From positions 1-64,000 of the forward strand of contig NW_020846166.1 in NCBI RefSeq assembly GCF_003704095.1: a DNA stretch of 64,000 nucleotides, in the 5' to 3' direction. Under the pieces are notes generated by a model, which saw only the letters and a program-made list of their open reading frames with translations, ran no database searches and was not told the DNA's origin. The DNA comes from Pocillopora damicornis. Lineage: Eukaryota. Of the stretch, positions 51,501-64,000 are shown piece by piece (within the stretch, counting starts at the first letter, position 1; each line of letters begins with the position of its first letter). The position numbers were made by a program, and so were the translations under genes.

Positions 51501-54500
51501 TCGTCCGCTCCCGTTTCGTGTGAAAAGAGAATGACCAGTTATTATACTTTACTTACGAGTTCAATTCGGTTTAGTGTTGGGTCACTTTAAACGGGGAAAA
51601 AGATTTTCATAAAGATTCTTCCATCCTCCCCCCTCCCCTTTCTGTCAAATGATGCGAATTATTACAGCGACTTGTCGCTTCCTGTATTGGTAGCGAAGAT
51701 AGTTGCAATGACGGCGAAGATTCCTTACCTGATATCTCTCAACAAAAGAGCCTTTTCTGGCTTGTCCAGTATTGCTAGCAGTTTATTAACAAGAGATTCT
51801 ACATCTGAATCTTCTTGGTACTACAACGGCAAAATATAAAGGTTTTATAACAATTACTCATAAATCAAAAGGATAAAAATGATTCAAAAACAAAAGCAGT
51901 ACATCCAGCAATTCTCGAAAAAAGTTACAAACCCGAAGTTTGCAAGAATAGAAAAAGGAATGAAAACCTCCTCCTTCACCCCTTCATCCACATTTGTACG
52001 CAAAATTGATATTTTTTTGTGAATATTGGTAAGGTGGAGTACAAAATTTTCAGTATTTTGCTTTAGATTCTCATGAAACTTTGCAGATTTCCCTAATTCA
52101 GAACAATCTATTGCGAAGTAAGGATAAATTTATTGTTAGAATGAAAAATCTCGAAAGTCTCACTTTGTCAAAGTGGTGAATTTCTGTGATATCTTAAACC
52201 CTATGTTCGACAAAAATATTTTCCTCATTGGTTTCCAAATGTTTTTCTGTGACATCAGTTACGATAATTTGTCTACGATCAGGGAAATCTCTAAGTGACT
52301 AAATCCTTCATTTTCATCTCTTTAATTTAAGATTCTCTTCTCATTTTATGAGGAGAAGTTTAAGGATGGTCATTCTTGAAACAGTAAGAATAAAGCCAAC
52401 AGATATAGCGCGGACAACATACCTGTTTGATGTGCCTGATAACAGCATTGTATTCGTCCACTACCAGAATCTTTTTGGCCTTCTCTTCAATGTACAGTAA
52501 CATCTGTTGTCTTGTGGAGCCACCTAACATTAATTGAGTACCAAAACCCTTCTCAAAAATGGGGGTTGCATGCACAGGGAGTTGCATCTCACAACAAACT
52601 AAACATGAAAAAGCAACAAGAAACATAAAACAAAAGCAGACACAAGCACGACATTACAAAGAAAAATCCTAGGTCATCAAGTTAGAGTTGTTAACAAGTT
52701 TGTGTCTACAACTGTTACTTTTTGCAGTATCTAGACAGAGGATTATTGGAGAGAGATCAGCTGTTATTTGTTCGTTAAACATTGTTGCTAATTAGAAGAA
52801 GCTCTTTCAATATTATTTTATTTAGCAAAGGTAGTAAAACATCAAACAATAGTTGCTGAGTATGCAAAAGATTAACAGAAATTGCAAAAATGATTTGAAA
52901 CTCACAAAAACCTTTTTGCCTTGAAGCTAAATTTTATATGTTAATGAGAGTATTTCCTGTTTCGATTCTTAATTTAATTCCTCTTTTGAAATATCTGTTT
53001 TTCTTAATGAAGCATACTTATTCATTCATGCGTTATCAAATAATTACTTTCAACATAACATTTAAGTATTATTATAGACTCCTCTTGCATTTATTTTAAA
53101 ACACACATTCATTGGTAAGGGTTAAGTTACTGTAATTCAGTCTATTTAGGATATTACAACATATAATTCGAAAAATAAAATTTTTAACTGCAGAGCGTAT
53201 CAGCTCATATTGACTTATAATTTTGTTCTTTTGATGAGTGTGACACAATTGTTATAGCTGCAACAGGTTAACTTATTTACATTAAGCTGATCTTAATTGT
53301 ATGTTAGCTTAATTTAAAAGAATGACTCATTTGAATGTACTACTGGTGACAATATGTTTTCTATTAAGAGCAAAATTATGTTACACACAAAAATTAGTTA
53401 TGAGATATAACTTTCAACTTACTCTTTTATTTCAAATTAGAAAAAAAGTGTCATGTCTTACTTTCTCTTTACCTCGATGTGCTGCCCAACAACCACAACA
53501 ACAATAACAACAATAACAAAAAAAAAGGGGAAAATAGTCAAGAGAAGAAACGATCTCCACAAACACATTGTGAAAGTTAACAAAACACAAGTTGAGATGC
53601 AACAAACTGTACGTAGCACCCCATGACACCTTAGTGTGGACGGTTCTTCGTAGATTTAACAATGCCTACTGAAAATTCTGAATGCTCCTGGACGCAGCTT
53701 AGAAACTTCCTCCTTTGGCTGTATGTTTGGTCAAGAGCACATCAAATGAACTCCTTGGTCACATGTTAAGGGAAACCACACTTAAAAAGTAAGATCCAGC
53801 CCTTTTTTCTTATTAGTTCTATTGCACTAAGAAGATGGAAAAGAAAATTAACACTGGTCACTAATTTTCTGCCTTACCTCTTTCTTCAACTTTTGGTTTT
53901 CCTTTCTTCCTGAAGCTCAACTTTGATTTGATTTTGTCCCCATGTTTCTGAAGAAAAGACTTGGATTTCTTCACTTTCCTTTTGTCATTCAGTTCACCAT
54001 CACTGCCGCTCAAAATGGCTTCCTCCTTGCTCATGCTAGAAACTGAATACCTCTTAGCCATTTCCTCTCTACTGCTGCTGACACTCTCATAAGAATGCGC
54101 TGATCGAATTGAGTTCTGCTTTTCACTGTCATCACCACTATTAATTGATGATGTTGCCAGACTTTTAGAGCTCTGTGTTCTTTGTAAATCTGCAAAATCC
54201 TGTTTCACATGAACAACTACAACTTCCTCTCTTGTTTCTGGCACAGGTTCTGGAGGAGGTTCCGGAGAAGGTTGAGGAGTCTGGACACTAGCTTCTCGCA
54301 TCTGTGGTCTGGGACTGGGTGTGTCCCTTGTTGGCATTTCTCCTAATTCAGGAAACTGGGCACTAGAATGACTTAGCTCTAGAGAGGAGACTGGAGAGGC
54401 TGGAGCTGAGATAGATCTGGTAAAAGTTTCTTTTCCTTCTAAAAAAATTAAAAATTGAAATTGAGGGAAAAAAACAATGAGTGAATATCATGATTTATAA

Positions 54501-56119
54501 TTGAAAGCAAGAGGTTATTAATACAAGTTCTATACAAAAAAATACTGGAATCTTGGAACTCTATTTGCAAACACCTGCCTTTCTTAGTCATGATTTTATT
54601 TTCTCAAGTGTGCCAAGATTTTTGTAGATGACCTACCGATAATCATATTTCTAGACACCAAAAGATTTCTGTAGGTATCCCAAAGACTTCCAAATGAGAT
54701 TCTTCACATGAAATTTTCCTCTTGTATGTAGTGGTTCTCACTGATTTCACTAAATACATCTGTTAAAATTTGGTCAGCGAAGGCTGTAAATTATGCTAAA
54801 AAATTTTCTGCCAGGGGTGAGAGTCATTTATAAAGCAAATAGTCAAAACCAGGTCAGTTAAATTTTTTGCTTCAAGATCAGTTGCAGTAAATTACTTACC
54901 AACCACAACACTTCCATCAGGATAAACCCAGCTGATTTGTGAGTGGTAATGTTTTGCCTCAGGAAGTCTTCCCACTGCCTGAAAAATGATGCAAAATATG
55001 GGAAAGTTTATTGTAAAATCAGGTTATGGTCATCTGTTCTGATGGTCTTGTCATACTAAACATTGTATTAGCAGAGGGAGAGTCCAGTAAACAAGTGAAA
55101 AACTACTGTTAAGTTTATATGAATGGATCAATGACAGTATCTGAGCTACTACGCACCTACCCCTCCCCTACTAACCCCAACAGTAACCCTAACTTGTTAT
55201 CAATTGACTGTTGTTGGATTAAGGGAGGGGTAGGTACACAGTTTCTCAGATACCAACATTGATCCATGTGATCCACAACAAATAAAAACTTTAAACCCTT
55301 TACACCCTAACATCAGCATTGATATTCTCCATATTGATATCTAAACATTTCCTAAGGAGCTGATTAGGAGAATTTATTTAACAATCAAGAGCTTCTTTAG
55401 TTGGTGATCATTTCCTTTACTCTCATGATCTTAAATGAATGATTCAGTAGTGTTATTGTAAGGAGAAACTAAATGCTGGTCACTCTTGGGGTTTAAAAGG
55501 TTAACCACTTCACTCTCAAATTATGCCAGGCATGCTGCAAAAGTTATTGATAACAAATCAGGTAAAAAGGCGTAGAGCTAATGTGGATGATGAAGTATAT
55601 GAACATATAAAATCCTACCATTCAATGAAAAGCCTTAATTACAATCATGATCAGAGAATCTCTATCACTTATAAGTGGACTGACAGCTTAAAAGTTAAGG
55701 AAATGGAAATAAATATTACCTTTAGTGTAACCATTATGTGTTTTTGTGATTTAATAAAATCAACTGCCTCTTTGTGCTTGAGGTTTTCAAAGCTCTTTCC
55801 ATTCACTTCCATGATCTGATCACCAACTTTGAAGCCAGCTTGCTCTGCCAGTGAACCACGATCAATGCTAAACAAAGAATAAATGATCTGTTAACCTTTG
55901 AAATGCTAGAAGTGATTAGCATGTAACTTCTTGCTATGACATCCATACATCATCCAGCAAACAGGTGATGAGAATACTCAAACTTATCAGGCATAAGTTG
56001 TTATCTTGATTTAACACCAAATTCTCACAAATATTATACAAGGGAATATGTAGCAGCTAGAGGAGAGAGTTAACAATCAAATCTTGGGAGTTAAAGGGTT
56101 ATTAGGTCACATGAATAAA

Positions 56120-56164
<45 letters not shown>

Positions 56165-59100
56165 TATAGCAGGTAATTTAGTGTTAACAACTGGGTTGAA
56201 AATGTAAATTAGCCACCGTAAAGAGTAAAAAAGCTGGCATTTCAAGCGTTAGCCCTTCGTCAGAGCGATTAGAGGAATTGTGGGTTGTGTGTGGATTTAT
56301 ATGTAGAAAGTGGAACTACGCCATTGGTGGGAATATGGTGACGAGAAAACAGGAATAAATTAGTTGAATGAAAAGCGCTCGTTGATAGGTCACAGTTTGT
56401 TCTAAGCATGGCATCTCAAGATTTCTAAACCCCACAAAAGAAGGTGACAGGATTAAAAGGAAAAAGATGTCTGATGGAGAAATGGAACGCTGTTTGACTA
56501 TGTGTTGTTAAAGAAAAACCAAATTTAATTCATAGTAACCAATCAGAACAAAATGCAACTCAATCATTTTGTCACAAATGCAGTCAAAAGGCTAAAAAAT
56601 CCACTCCACTTGAATGTTTGGGTACTCACTAACCAGATAAAAACTTTGATACAAAACTTTATCATTATCACTCCATGGATAAGTGCTTGAAAGATTGTGT
56701 CTAAATTTCACTGAAAGCCATAAGACATGGGATTATATAACAATCAGAGCAATTTTGTTCCTCAATCAGCCTGGCCAAGAGGCAAAATCCAAAAAAATCA
56801 CAGATGAAACAATGAAACATTTTTAGAATGTACAAAGACAAACCTCTACCAAATTTTTACTACATGACTCAATTTTGGACCAGAAATTACAAAACTTTGG
56901 CTGAACAGAAAATGCCAGTCCAACAAACTAAGAAAATGTCTGTTAAAAAAAAACATTCATGTATATTGTTCTTACCCAGATACAAAGAGACCCAAGCCAT
57001 ATTCACTTCCACCACGAATGTTAAATCCTATAAAACCATTGGTTGTTGACTCTACTTGAAGGTTAACTTTCCTCTCATCAGCTTTGTCCAGCAAATGGGA
57101 ATTATGTTGAAGAGCTATGCTACTACTGCCACTTCCACTGCTAGCCTGATCACAAAATACAAGGTTAACCCTTCACTAACCCATACCTGACCAAGACAGA
57201 ATTTCTCCTTACAATATCAATACAATATCAAAAGGAAAAGTGATGAGAAAAAGGTAAAAAAATCAATTTTTTTACGGGATTATCAGTTGATCCAATACCA
57301 AATTATCCAAAGCAACATCATGAGAATTGTATGGCCGACAGTAAGGAGAATTACTAATGAGATACTGGGGTGTATAAATGTTGTATCAAACCTTATTGCA
57401 ATAAAAAAAAAAAAACATTTAATTTGGCTAGATAATCATTAAATCAGACAACTACTTGAAAATTGTTTGGGAGGTTAATATTTTGAATTGGTAAGGAACG
57501 CTTATACTCTCAGGATCAAAATATCAATTCTATATATTGTTTGCCATACATGTCTTTTAATTTCTGCTCTCAAATTTTAGTGTTGCATCAATTAATATCC
57601 CATAACTGATATTTTTCTGTGTTCTCATCACCTTGCTGCTTGGAAATGGATTTATGCAGTGAGGAGAAATTCTTTTTTGATCACCCCCTGAGGTGAAAAG
57701 ATTAAGATGGCTACAATTTGTGCTGGGAAGTACCCTGTAATTTTTCTCTCTCACATGGATCTGAGCAAGCAGTAGAACATTACAAGGAAAGAAACAAAGA
57801 CCACTGATACTTTAAAATTTTCTAGCTTGTAAAAGCTGCCAAATATTCATGCCAAATATATCTATTTAGCAATTAAAGAGAACAAACTCCTTTTAGACAA
57901 CAAAGAAATATTAAGTGTCAGACACAAAATGAATTCAGAATTTGCAAAGTACAAATACAAAACAGGATAACTCTAATTCCAATAATATATAAATATGGAC
58001 TTGAAAAATTAAGTTTTTAATTCAACTAATCCAAAATTTCTCTCAGAAGAAATAATTGTCCACTCAAACAGAAGGCTAGGATATTTAATCTTAATCCAAT
58101 GACTACCACATGAACAGGGGAGAATTTGATCACAGAGGTACCATAAATATATAATTGCAATGGAGGAAAAAAGAGAAGTAACTCTGTATCTTTCAAAAGA
58201 CAAAAATATACCTTTGATTGCTGCAACAAGTGGTTGCAAATATGACAGGTTTTTAAAAGACATTTACCTGCAAACTATCACTCTCATCTATTCCATTGTG
58301 AATAACTTTACCATTCCTGTGACCCCTAAAATGAAAACATCAAAATACAACAAATCAGTTTAAGTGTTAATCATCAAAGTTTAATGTTCTCTTAGAGTGG
58401 AAAAAGTCTTCTATCTTAACCTCTTTAAATAACCTTTCCACTTCAATAAATAACCTGAATCAAGGTCACAAAAGTATTCAAAAGATAAAATGCTTTGCTT
58501 TTTGTAATTCTAAATTCTTCCCACATAGTTTAACATATTGTGGGAGCACAAAAGAAAACAACAAAACAAAATCATCACCCATAGCCCTTTTGGGATATGA
58601 ATGTGTAAGTTTTGTAAAACATGGTGTGATTCTAAAATTGAGTCACATTGTTGATGTACAAGTTTTGTTAACATCATCTAATTTAGATATATCATAAATT
58701 TGGTGATGTTCCAGTTTTTCAGAAAGTTAACCCTGTACTAAAATATTTTAGATCTCATATTATATTGAGATATGACTGGATATACATAAATGTAACAATA
58801 ATTGGTCACCCTACAGATTAACAGTTAATACATCAACAACTTAATCAAAATTACATTTTATGTACTCGGTCTCCCAGGAGACAAAGATTTTCCTTTTCTT
58901 GAAAGTTTCTCCCAGTTTTAAACTCAAAGTTAATTTGCAATATCTAATTTTAAAGATACAGGTGAAAGCTTCAGAGACATCCCAATGATTTTATTACTTT
59001 AAGTAGCTATAATAGGAACTTGTTGAGGCATGATACAGACTCTCACAAATGGCTGTTTCGGAACAAAAGTTATTGATGATCGAGGAGTCAAAACATACAA

Positions 59101-60914
59101 TTATATTCATACTATCCAATGTCAACACTTACAAAGTGATCACTCGACAAATTTAATCAATCTCATTTATTGTAATAGTTTCCGCCGCCGTTTTAAGCCG
59201 TCACCCTTAAAATTCATGCAAGTGGAACGGTAAAGGGCAAATCCAACAATAATATGCTACATTGTTCAGCGGATCTTTCCTCGAGTTAGCTTTCCTACAC
59301 ACGGTAACGGTAAATCAACGTGATAGACATTGATATTGGCTACAGTGGGCTAAAGCGGATACACTAAGCACTTGAAAAGCATCGATGATTTTACTAAACG
59401 TTTAATCCAAAAAGCAATGAAGTGCAAAAATGGCACGCAACATGCTGACGTGCTGTTCAACAGTGCCGCGACAATGACGGCAATGTTTATTAGAAATAAA
59501 CTAATCTCTAAGTTAACTTTGGTGGCAGATTAAAATCTTAACAGAATTCCAATAAAGCAAGTTAAATTATTCAGTGTTACATGTGTTTATTCTGAAGGTC
59601 AAAAATGTGGCGTCAGGTCAAAACGTGAGTATTTAGCTGAACTTTCACGAAAAGCAATCATTTCAACTGGAAGACGGCCATCTCTGAAAATATTACTGTC
59701 TGAGCAAGGTATTCTTTAGTAAGGGGTATACCACCAACAGATACTAAAATGCAACTGTAATTTTAATGCGATTTCCATTAATTGGAATGACCATGAATCA
59801 AAGCATTGGAAAAAAGGTACATGATTCCAGCTTCGAAGTTTGACATAACAGCTACAATATTCAAAAGTAAACAGTACCTAAAATTTGTCGCAATATTGGC
59901 GATAATCATGCTGCATAGCAATATCGAAAGCACCGCAAACCACGACTACATTTGCGGTTTGCAAAATAGAAAAAATCTATGCATTTTTTGGCACAAAAAA
60001 ATATACCTGCAGTAACGTGTATTAGCGAAATCTAAGTGGACGTCACGAATGGATAAACAAAAAAGTCATACGCGTGTAACTTGTTATTTCTGCCGTAGTA
60101 ACAATTGTTTTAGCGCATATGTACTTCTGCAAGGCGTAGTACAAGTCTTTGAGTGGGGTAAACATAAAACTTAAGAACTGAGATAACATAAATGACTCAA
60201 TTACATTATCTAGTTTTGATAGTTGGATACCTACCAGGAATCAGATAAATCAAGTCCTGCTGCAAGACCAACCGACTTGACGACCAATTTCATTTTATTC
60301 ATCGTACTGAGAAGGTTCTCAGCGGAACTTTTGGTTATCTTCTCAAAATCTATTCCGTTGACCTCAATTAACTGATCTCCTTTTTTGAGACCCTGTTTAG
60401 CAGCAGAGGAATCATCGTCTACCTCAAAGATATAGAGCACACTGTCAGAATCCCGGCCTCCTTTTATTTTGAAACCCAATGAATCTTCGGGAGAAGTTCT
60501 TGTCAAGGTTATCACTTTAAAAGAACCGCTATTATTCGGCGAGGAACTCCTTCCAAGAGCTCGCAACTCGCTGTTTTTGTAACTGTGGGGCAAACTCTGC
60601 GTCTTCCGATGCTGAGCTGCGTGATTAGGTGGTTCGAAAGGATGCGCCATTTCGCTGTACGGAGCTAAACTATCAAACTTGCTCAAATGTGCGGGTGGAA
60701 TGAGGTTTCGAATATCCACAAGTAGGTCCTTCTTGCGAGGATTATCCAAGCATGATTTGAGTGCAAGCACCAACTTTTCCACCGACTTGTAAGTCTGGTA
60801 TTCTTTGAGCGTATAATGTAAATAATGACGATCATCATCGGATAGTAAACGATGTGCATTTCGCTGAAATTCCTTCACTTGCTCTTTCCGCTGAGAATCT
60901 CCAATTTGAGTCAT
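48522..60914 (-). CDS. WHRN: Whirlin/PDZD7-family scaffold (HHD-PDZ1-PDZ2-HHD-PDZ3); exons 60914-60235, 58325-58268, 57145-56976, 55867-55720, 54978-54900, 54438-53878, 52598(or 52523)-52423, 51820-51729, 51128-51034, 50931-50866, 49797-49300, 49139-49039, 48659-48522
   Basis: N-terminal harmonin-homology domain (LLSDDDR...[18 protein letters not shown]), PDZ1 [11 protein letters not shown]2 [17 protein letters not shown], second HHD ([18 protein letters not shown]), PDZ3 [15 protein letters not shown]. Intron phases are consistent. Confidence 0.85.
55124..55266. mobile_element. Palindromic MITE
   Basis: TGGATCAATG...GTATCTGAG...ACCTACCCCTCCC mirrored by GGGAGGGGTAGGT...CTCAGATAC...CATTGATCCA. 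Confidence 0.75.
55292..55504. mobile_element. Second piggyBac-type MITE family (related copies at ~640-850 and ~3797-4005)
   Basis: AAACCCTTTACACCCTAACATCAG...TCACTCTTGGGGTTTAAAAGGTTAA. Confidence 0.65.
55891..56102. mobile_element. piggyBac-type MITE next to a whirlin splice acceptor
   Basis: TTAACCTTTG...TCTTGGGAGTTAAAGGGTTA. Confidence 0.7.
56120..56390 (-). mobile_element. Penelope/retrozyme-like repeat with a degenerate hammerhead motif
   Basis: Minus strand GCT-CTGACGA-AGGGCTAACGCTT-GAAA-TGCC-AGC at 56266-56233. Flanks are homologous to 35818-36010 and 62110-62205. Confidence 0.5.
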
Positions 60915-62796
60915 CTTAAACTAGAACTTAAGTTCTTCAATCAAATATCACATCTAGTGTTATCTTGTTATCATAGATCGAGTATTTGCCGGGAAACAAA
61001 ACATCCTGTAAAACAAAGAATCGACATGGCTACCCAGGGTTCGAACGACGCTCACTTCACTGTCCTCGTAATTTATGCATCTCTACGCATCTGTATGCAT
61101 AATTTGGACACCTCTGTCGTCAGTGTAAACAAGAGGTATTGTTCTACTGAAAGGCAGATTTTCACTGTACCTGCTTAACGCTGCTGATGTAATCGCATAG
61201 CTATTCAAATTGTCGAATAAGAAAAACGATAAGAAAGGAAAAGTTACTAAAACGAGAATTCAATCGCATATCCCTGAAAGATCATACATGAGGAAATGAG
61301 ATGAAATATTGGTGGAAGAGGAAAAGGTTTACCATATGTTCACCATGCGACTTTACTTTAAAGCCACCATCTGGCAATTCAAACCTATGGTAAAATAAAA
61401 GGTTAAAAACAAATTCGAAAAACAAAGAAACAAACAAATACAGCTAGACGTGTTTTTTGAAGCTGAATTCTGGGTCACAGAATCTTATACATGCACAACA
61501 ACCACGATCAAGCTTTGACTGCAAATCGGTATGTTGTAAAATATCCTAACATCTTGATTTAATAAGTAAGCGATCATTTCATCTCGAACCCAAGAAAAGG
61601 ACTCCAAAATTGAATTATTAAAAAAATTTTGTGTACTCACCCAGTTCGTCATTTGACAGAGATTATAAATCTCTTGTCATTTGCTATCGTCTCTGTTTTC
61701 CAATCGTTTCTTCCTAAAATGGTTAAAGCTGCCTCCTGTACAAATACTGAGTCACGTAAATAGCAAAACTCTTTTTTCTCTACACTTTGAACTACCAGAC
61801 GCTCACATGGGCCATGTAAACGACTCCAGGTCGGTCTTTAACCAAATAACCATGAAGAAAGCGACATCTCCTCTACGAGTCCCAGAAACTATGGCTGTAT
61901 TAGAAACTGATTCAAAGGACTCTTAACATAAGTCACGTTTCGGTAAGGGCTCTCTTGTCATTACTTAGAAAATATCTTAGGAAGTAATTCGAAAAGGAGT
62001 CTTGAACTTCAATATCGAATCCTCGTAGTTTAGAGATCCACTGCCGCAGATTAACCATGCCGTTACTTTTATGAGAGACACGGAACTTTAAGGTACCCGG
62101 GTGACTCTTGCTGTGACAAAGGGCTACTGCTCGAAACGTCAGCTTTGAAACTCTCAACGGTGGCCAATTTACGTTATCAACTCATTTGATAATACCAAAG
62201 TACCTTGACTCTCAAGTTAGCTAGTATATAGATAGCATTCGAACAAGAGATCATGGCAATTTTCATCGGAGAGCTAGCTTCCAGTTACACTGATCATTAG
62301 ACAACACTTGACTCTTAATGAAGTCTTCTCGTGTGCTCTCAACTTAATAGTAGGACTCAGATACACTGAGCATGATCATGAGTAGTCGTCAATTATACAA
62401 ACTTCGAGGCACTTTAAGACAGCTCCACAGCGACTCCTGTATAGATTTTAGCTCCAGAGTTGCAGATTTAACTGATCATTTAGTGGAGGAAGCGATACTC
62501 AGCTAACATTGAAATTGATACTGAAATCGGGGGATGAGAGTCTTCCTGTGCAACACATTCTCGTAAACAGGTTTGGCAGAGATCATCTTTCGTCTGAAAA
62601 AAAAAGGGCCTCAGCTGCAGTATCGGAAGATTCGACAAGAGATTCTAAATCATGTCTCTCTATGGCTTTTTAAGTCAACATACGTAAACCTCAGTCGCTG
62701 GAATCTGAGTACCCAGACAGAACGCTATCACAGCGGCGTCGCCTAGAACCCAGACCTCTTCATACATCTATCGTTATTCAGCCGAAGTGAGGCAAG

Positions 62797-63355
62797 ATGG
62801 CGGAAAGTTCGGGCGATGAAGACGGACTGGAGGAAAATTTCGTGTTTTATCACGATCGTGAAGAATGGAAAGATATCACTCCTGTTGAACAGGATGATGG
62901 ACCTTATCCAGTTGTGAGAATTGCGTATTCTGATAAGTGTATGTACTGGTTGAATAGTTCACACGCTCTCGAGACCTAGTTAAATTTGTTTTGTGGAATT
63001 GGAATCTAAAGCTCGTATCTTATCTTAACTTCTCTAAATGTCTTTATCCCTCTTGAAGTAAAAATTATTAAAGAAGCGGTAGCAATTATTAAGAAAATAG
63101 TGACATAAGCAGTGTTAATTAATCATGGCGTGCATAAAGTTATTCCAATTTGTCACGTTGTAGCAATTTAGTTTAAACGATAAGTTTTTGTACAACTTAC
63201 ACATGTATACATATTGATGCGAGTATTTGCATTTTTGCAGTCAAGGATGTCTTTGACTACTTCAGGGCAGTTCTGTTGGCTGACGAGAGAAGTGAACGTG
63301 CTCTTGAGCTCACGGAAGACGCTATCAGCCTTAATCCAGCGAATTACACAGTCTG
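62797..63355 (+). CDS. FNTA: Protein farnesyltransferase/geranylgeranyltransferase-I alpha subunit, first two exons (62797-62938, 63241-63355); continues beyond the window
   Basis: [30 protein letters not shown]|[39 protein letters not shown] matches the FNTA N-terminus. Confidence 0.93.
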
Positions 63356-64000
63356 GTTAGTAAATAAATATGCCCGCTCACTTTTTTCTTTTTGTCGATC
63401 CTCACAATTTAACAACCTCATCAAGACATTGGCCCAGTTTTTCAAAAGGAAGCTAACACTACCCATTTAATAAATTGCTATTCAATGAATTAGTGTTACA
63501 AAACATGCGACACAATGATTTATTCATTGTAAAGCATTTGTTGCCCTTCAAACAACAAGGTCATTATCTTTACAAGTTAAAACTACTGTTATCCTCTATC
63601 CACATCAAGAATTGTTAGACATGCTTTACCCTTTTACTCCAAGGTCAAGCACACATTTCATGAGAATAAAGTAAAATATCAGCTGGGGTAATAATTTGAT
63701 CTAACACCAAATTCCTATAACTGACATTAGAGGAAACATATAGCAAACAGTCGGGATAATTGCTTTTGAGATTTAGGGGTTGAAAGTGCTAAGCAGTCAA
63801 CAATCGTTGAGGAGCACCCAGAATGCATTTTCAAGATAAATTTTGAGAAAGTTCTAAAGAAAATACATGATTGCATTAAAATTATTAATAGAATGTAACT
63901 GTGGTATCAAAGAGATATTTGGTGCTCCAGTTGAAAATGGATCGGCCTTTTTTCTCAATTCCTAACCTGGGTAGAAAACTGCACATCTAAATGTTTCCAA

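Noticed and set aside
53699-53718. Possible alternative terminal whirlin exon (AKGGSF*)
   Set aside because: In phase with the upstream donor, but the pyrimidine tract is weak and there is no other support

Overview
Eukaryotic, intron-rich, AT-rich genomic scaffold with several N gaps. The STING sequences and repeat families suggest a cnidarian, probably a stony coral (inference). The first ~18 kb is a tandem array of at least four two-exon STING (TMEM173) paralogs. Three are complete; the fourth is split by a gap, with its 5' end on a probably mis-oriented contig. The copies sit in duplicated flanking blocks. Each carries a conserved promoter cassette of NF-kB site, CCAAT box, second NF-kB-like site and ISRE/IRF-E, and two further orphan copies of the ISRE module are present. 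The last STING is head-to-head (655 bp ATG to ATG) with a SIMC1-like gene (SUMO-interacting motifs plus Nse5-like domain). Downstream lie HPDL (-), a sideroflexin (+), ornithine aminotransferase (+), a whirlin/PDZD7-family gene (-) and the start of FNTA (+). The window also holds many MITEs, a tRNA-derived SINE relic and degenerate hammerhead-ribozyme repeats. The most interesting signal is an expanded STING cluster, diversified in ligand pocket and C-terminal tail, under an apparent IRF/NF-kB cassette in a lineage without interferon and sharing a promoter interval with an SMC5/6 antiviral loader. Exon boundaries were read by eye and homology calls are from memory of the families, not database searches.
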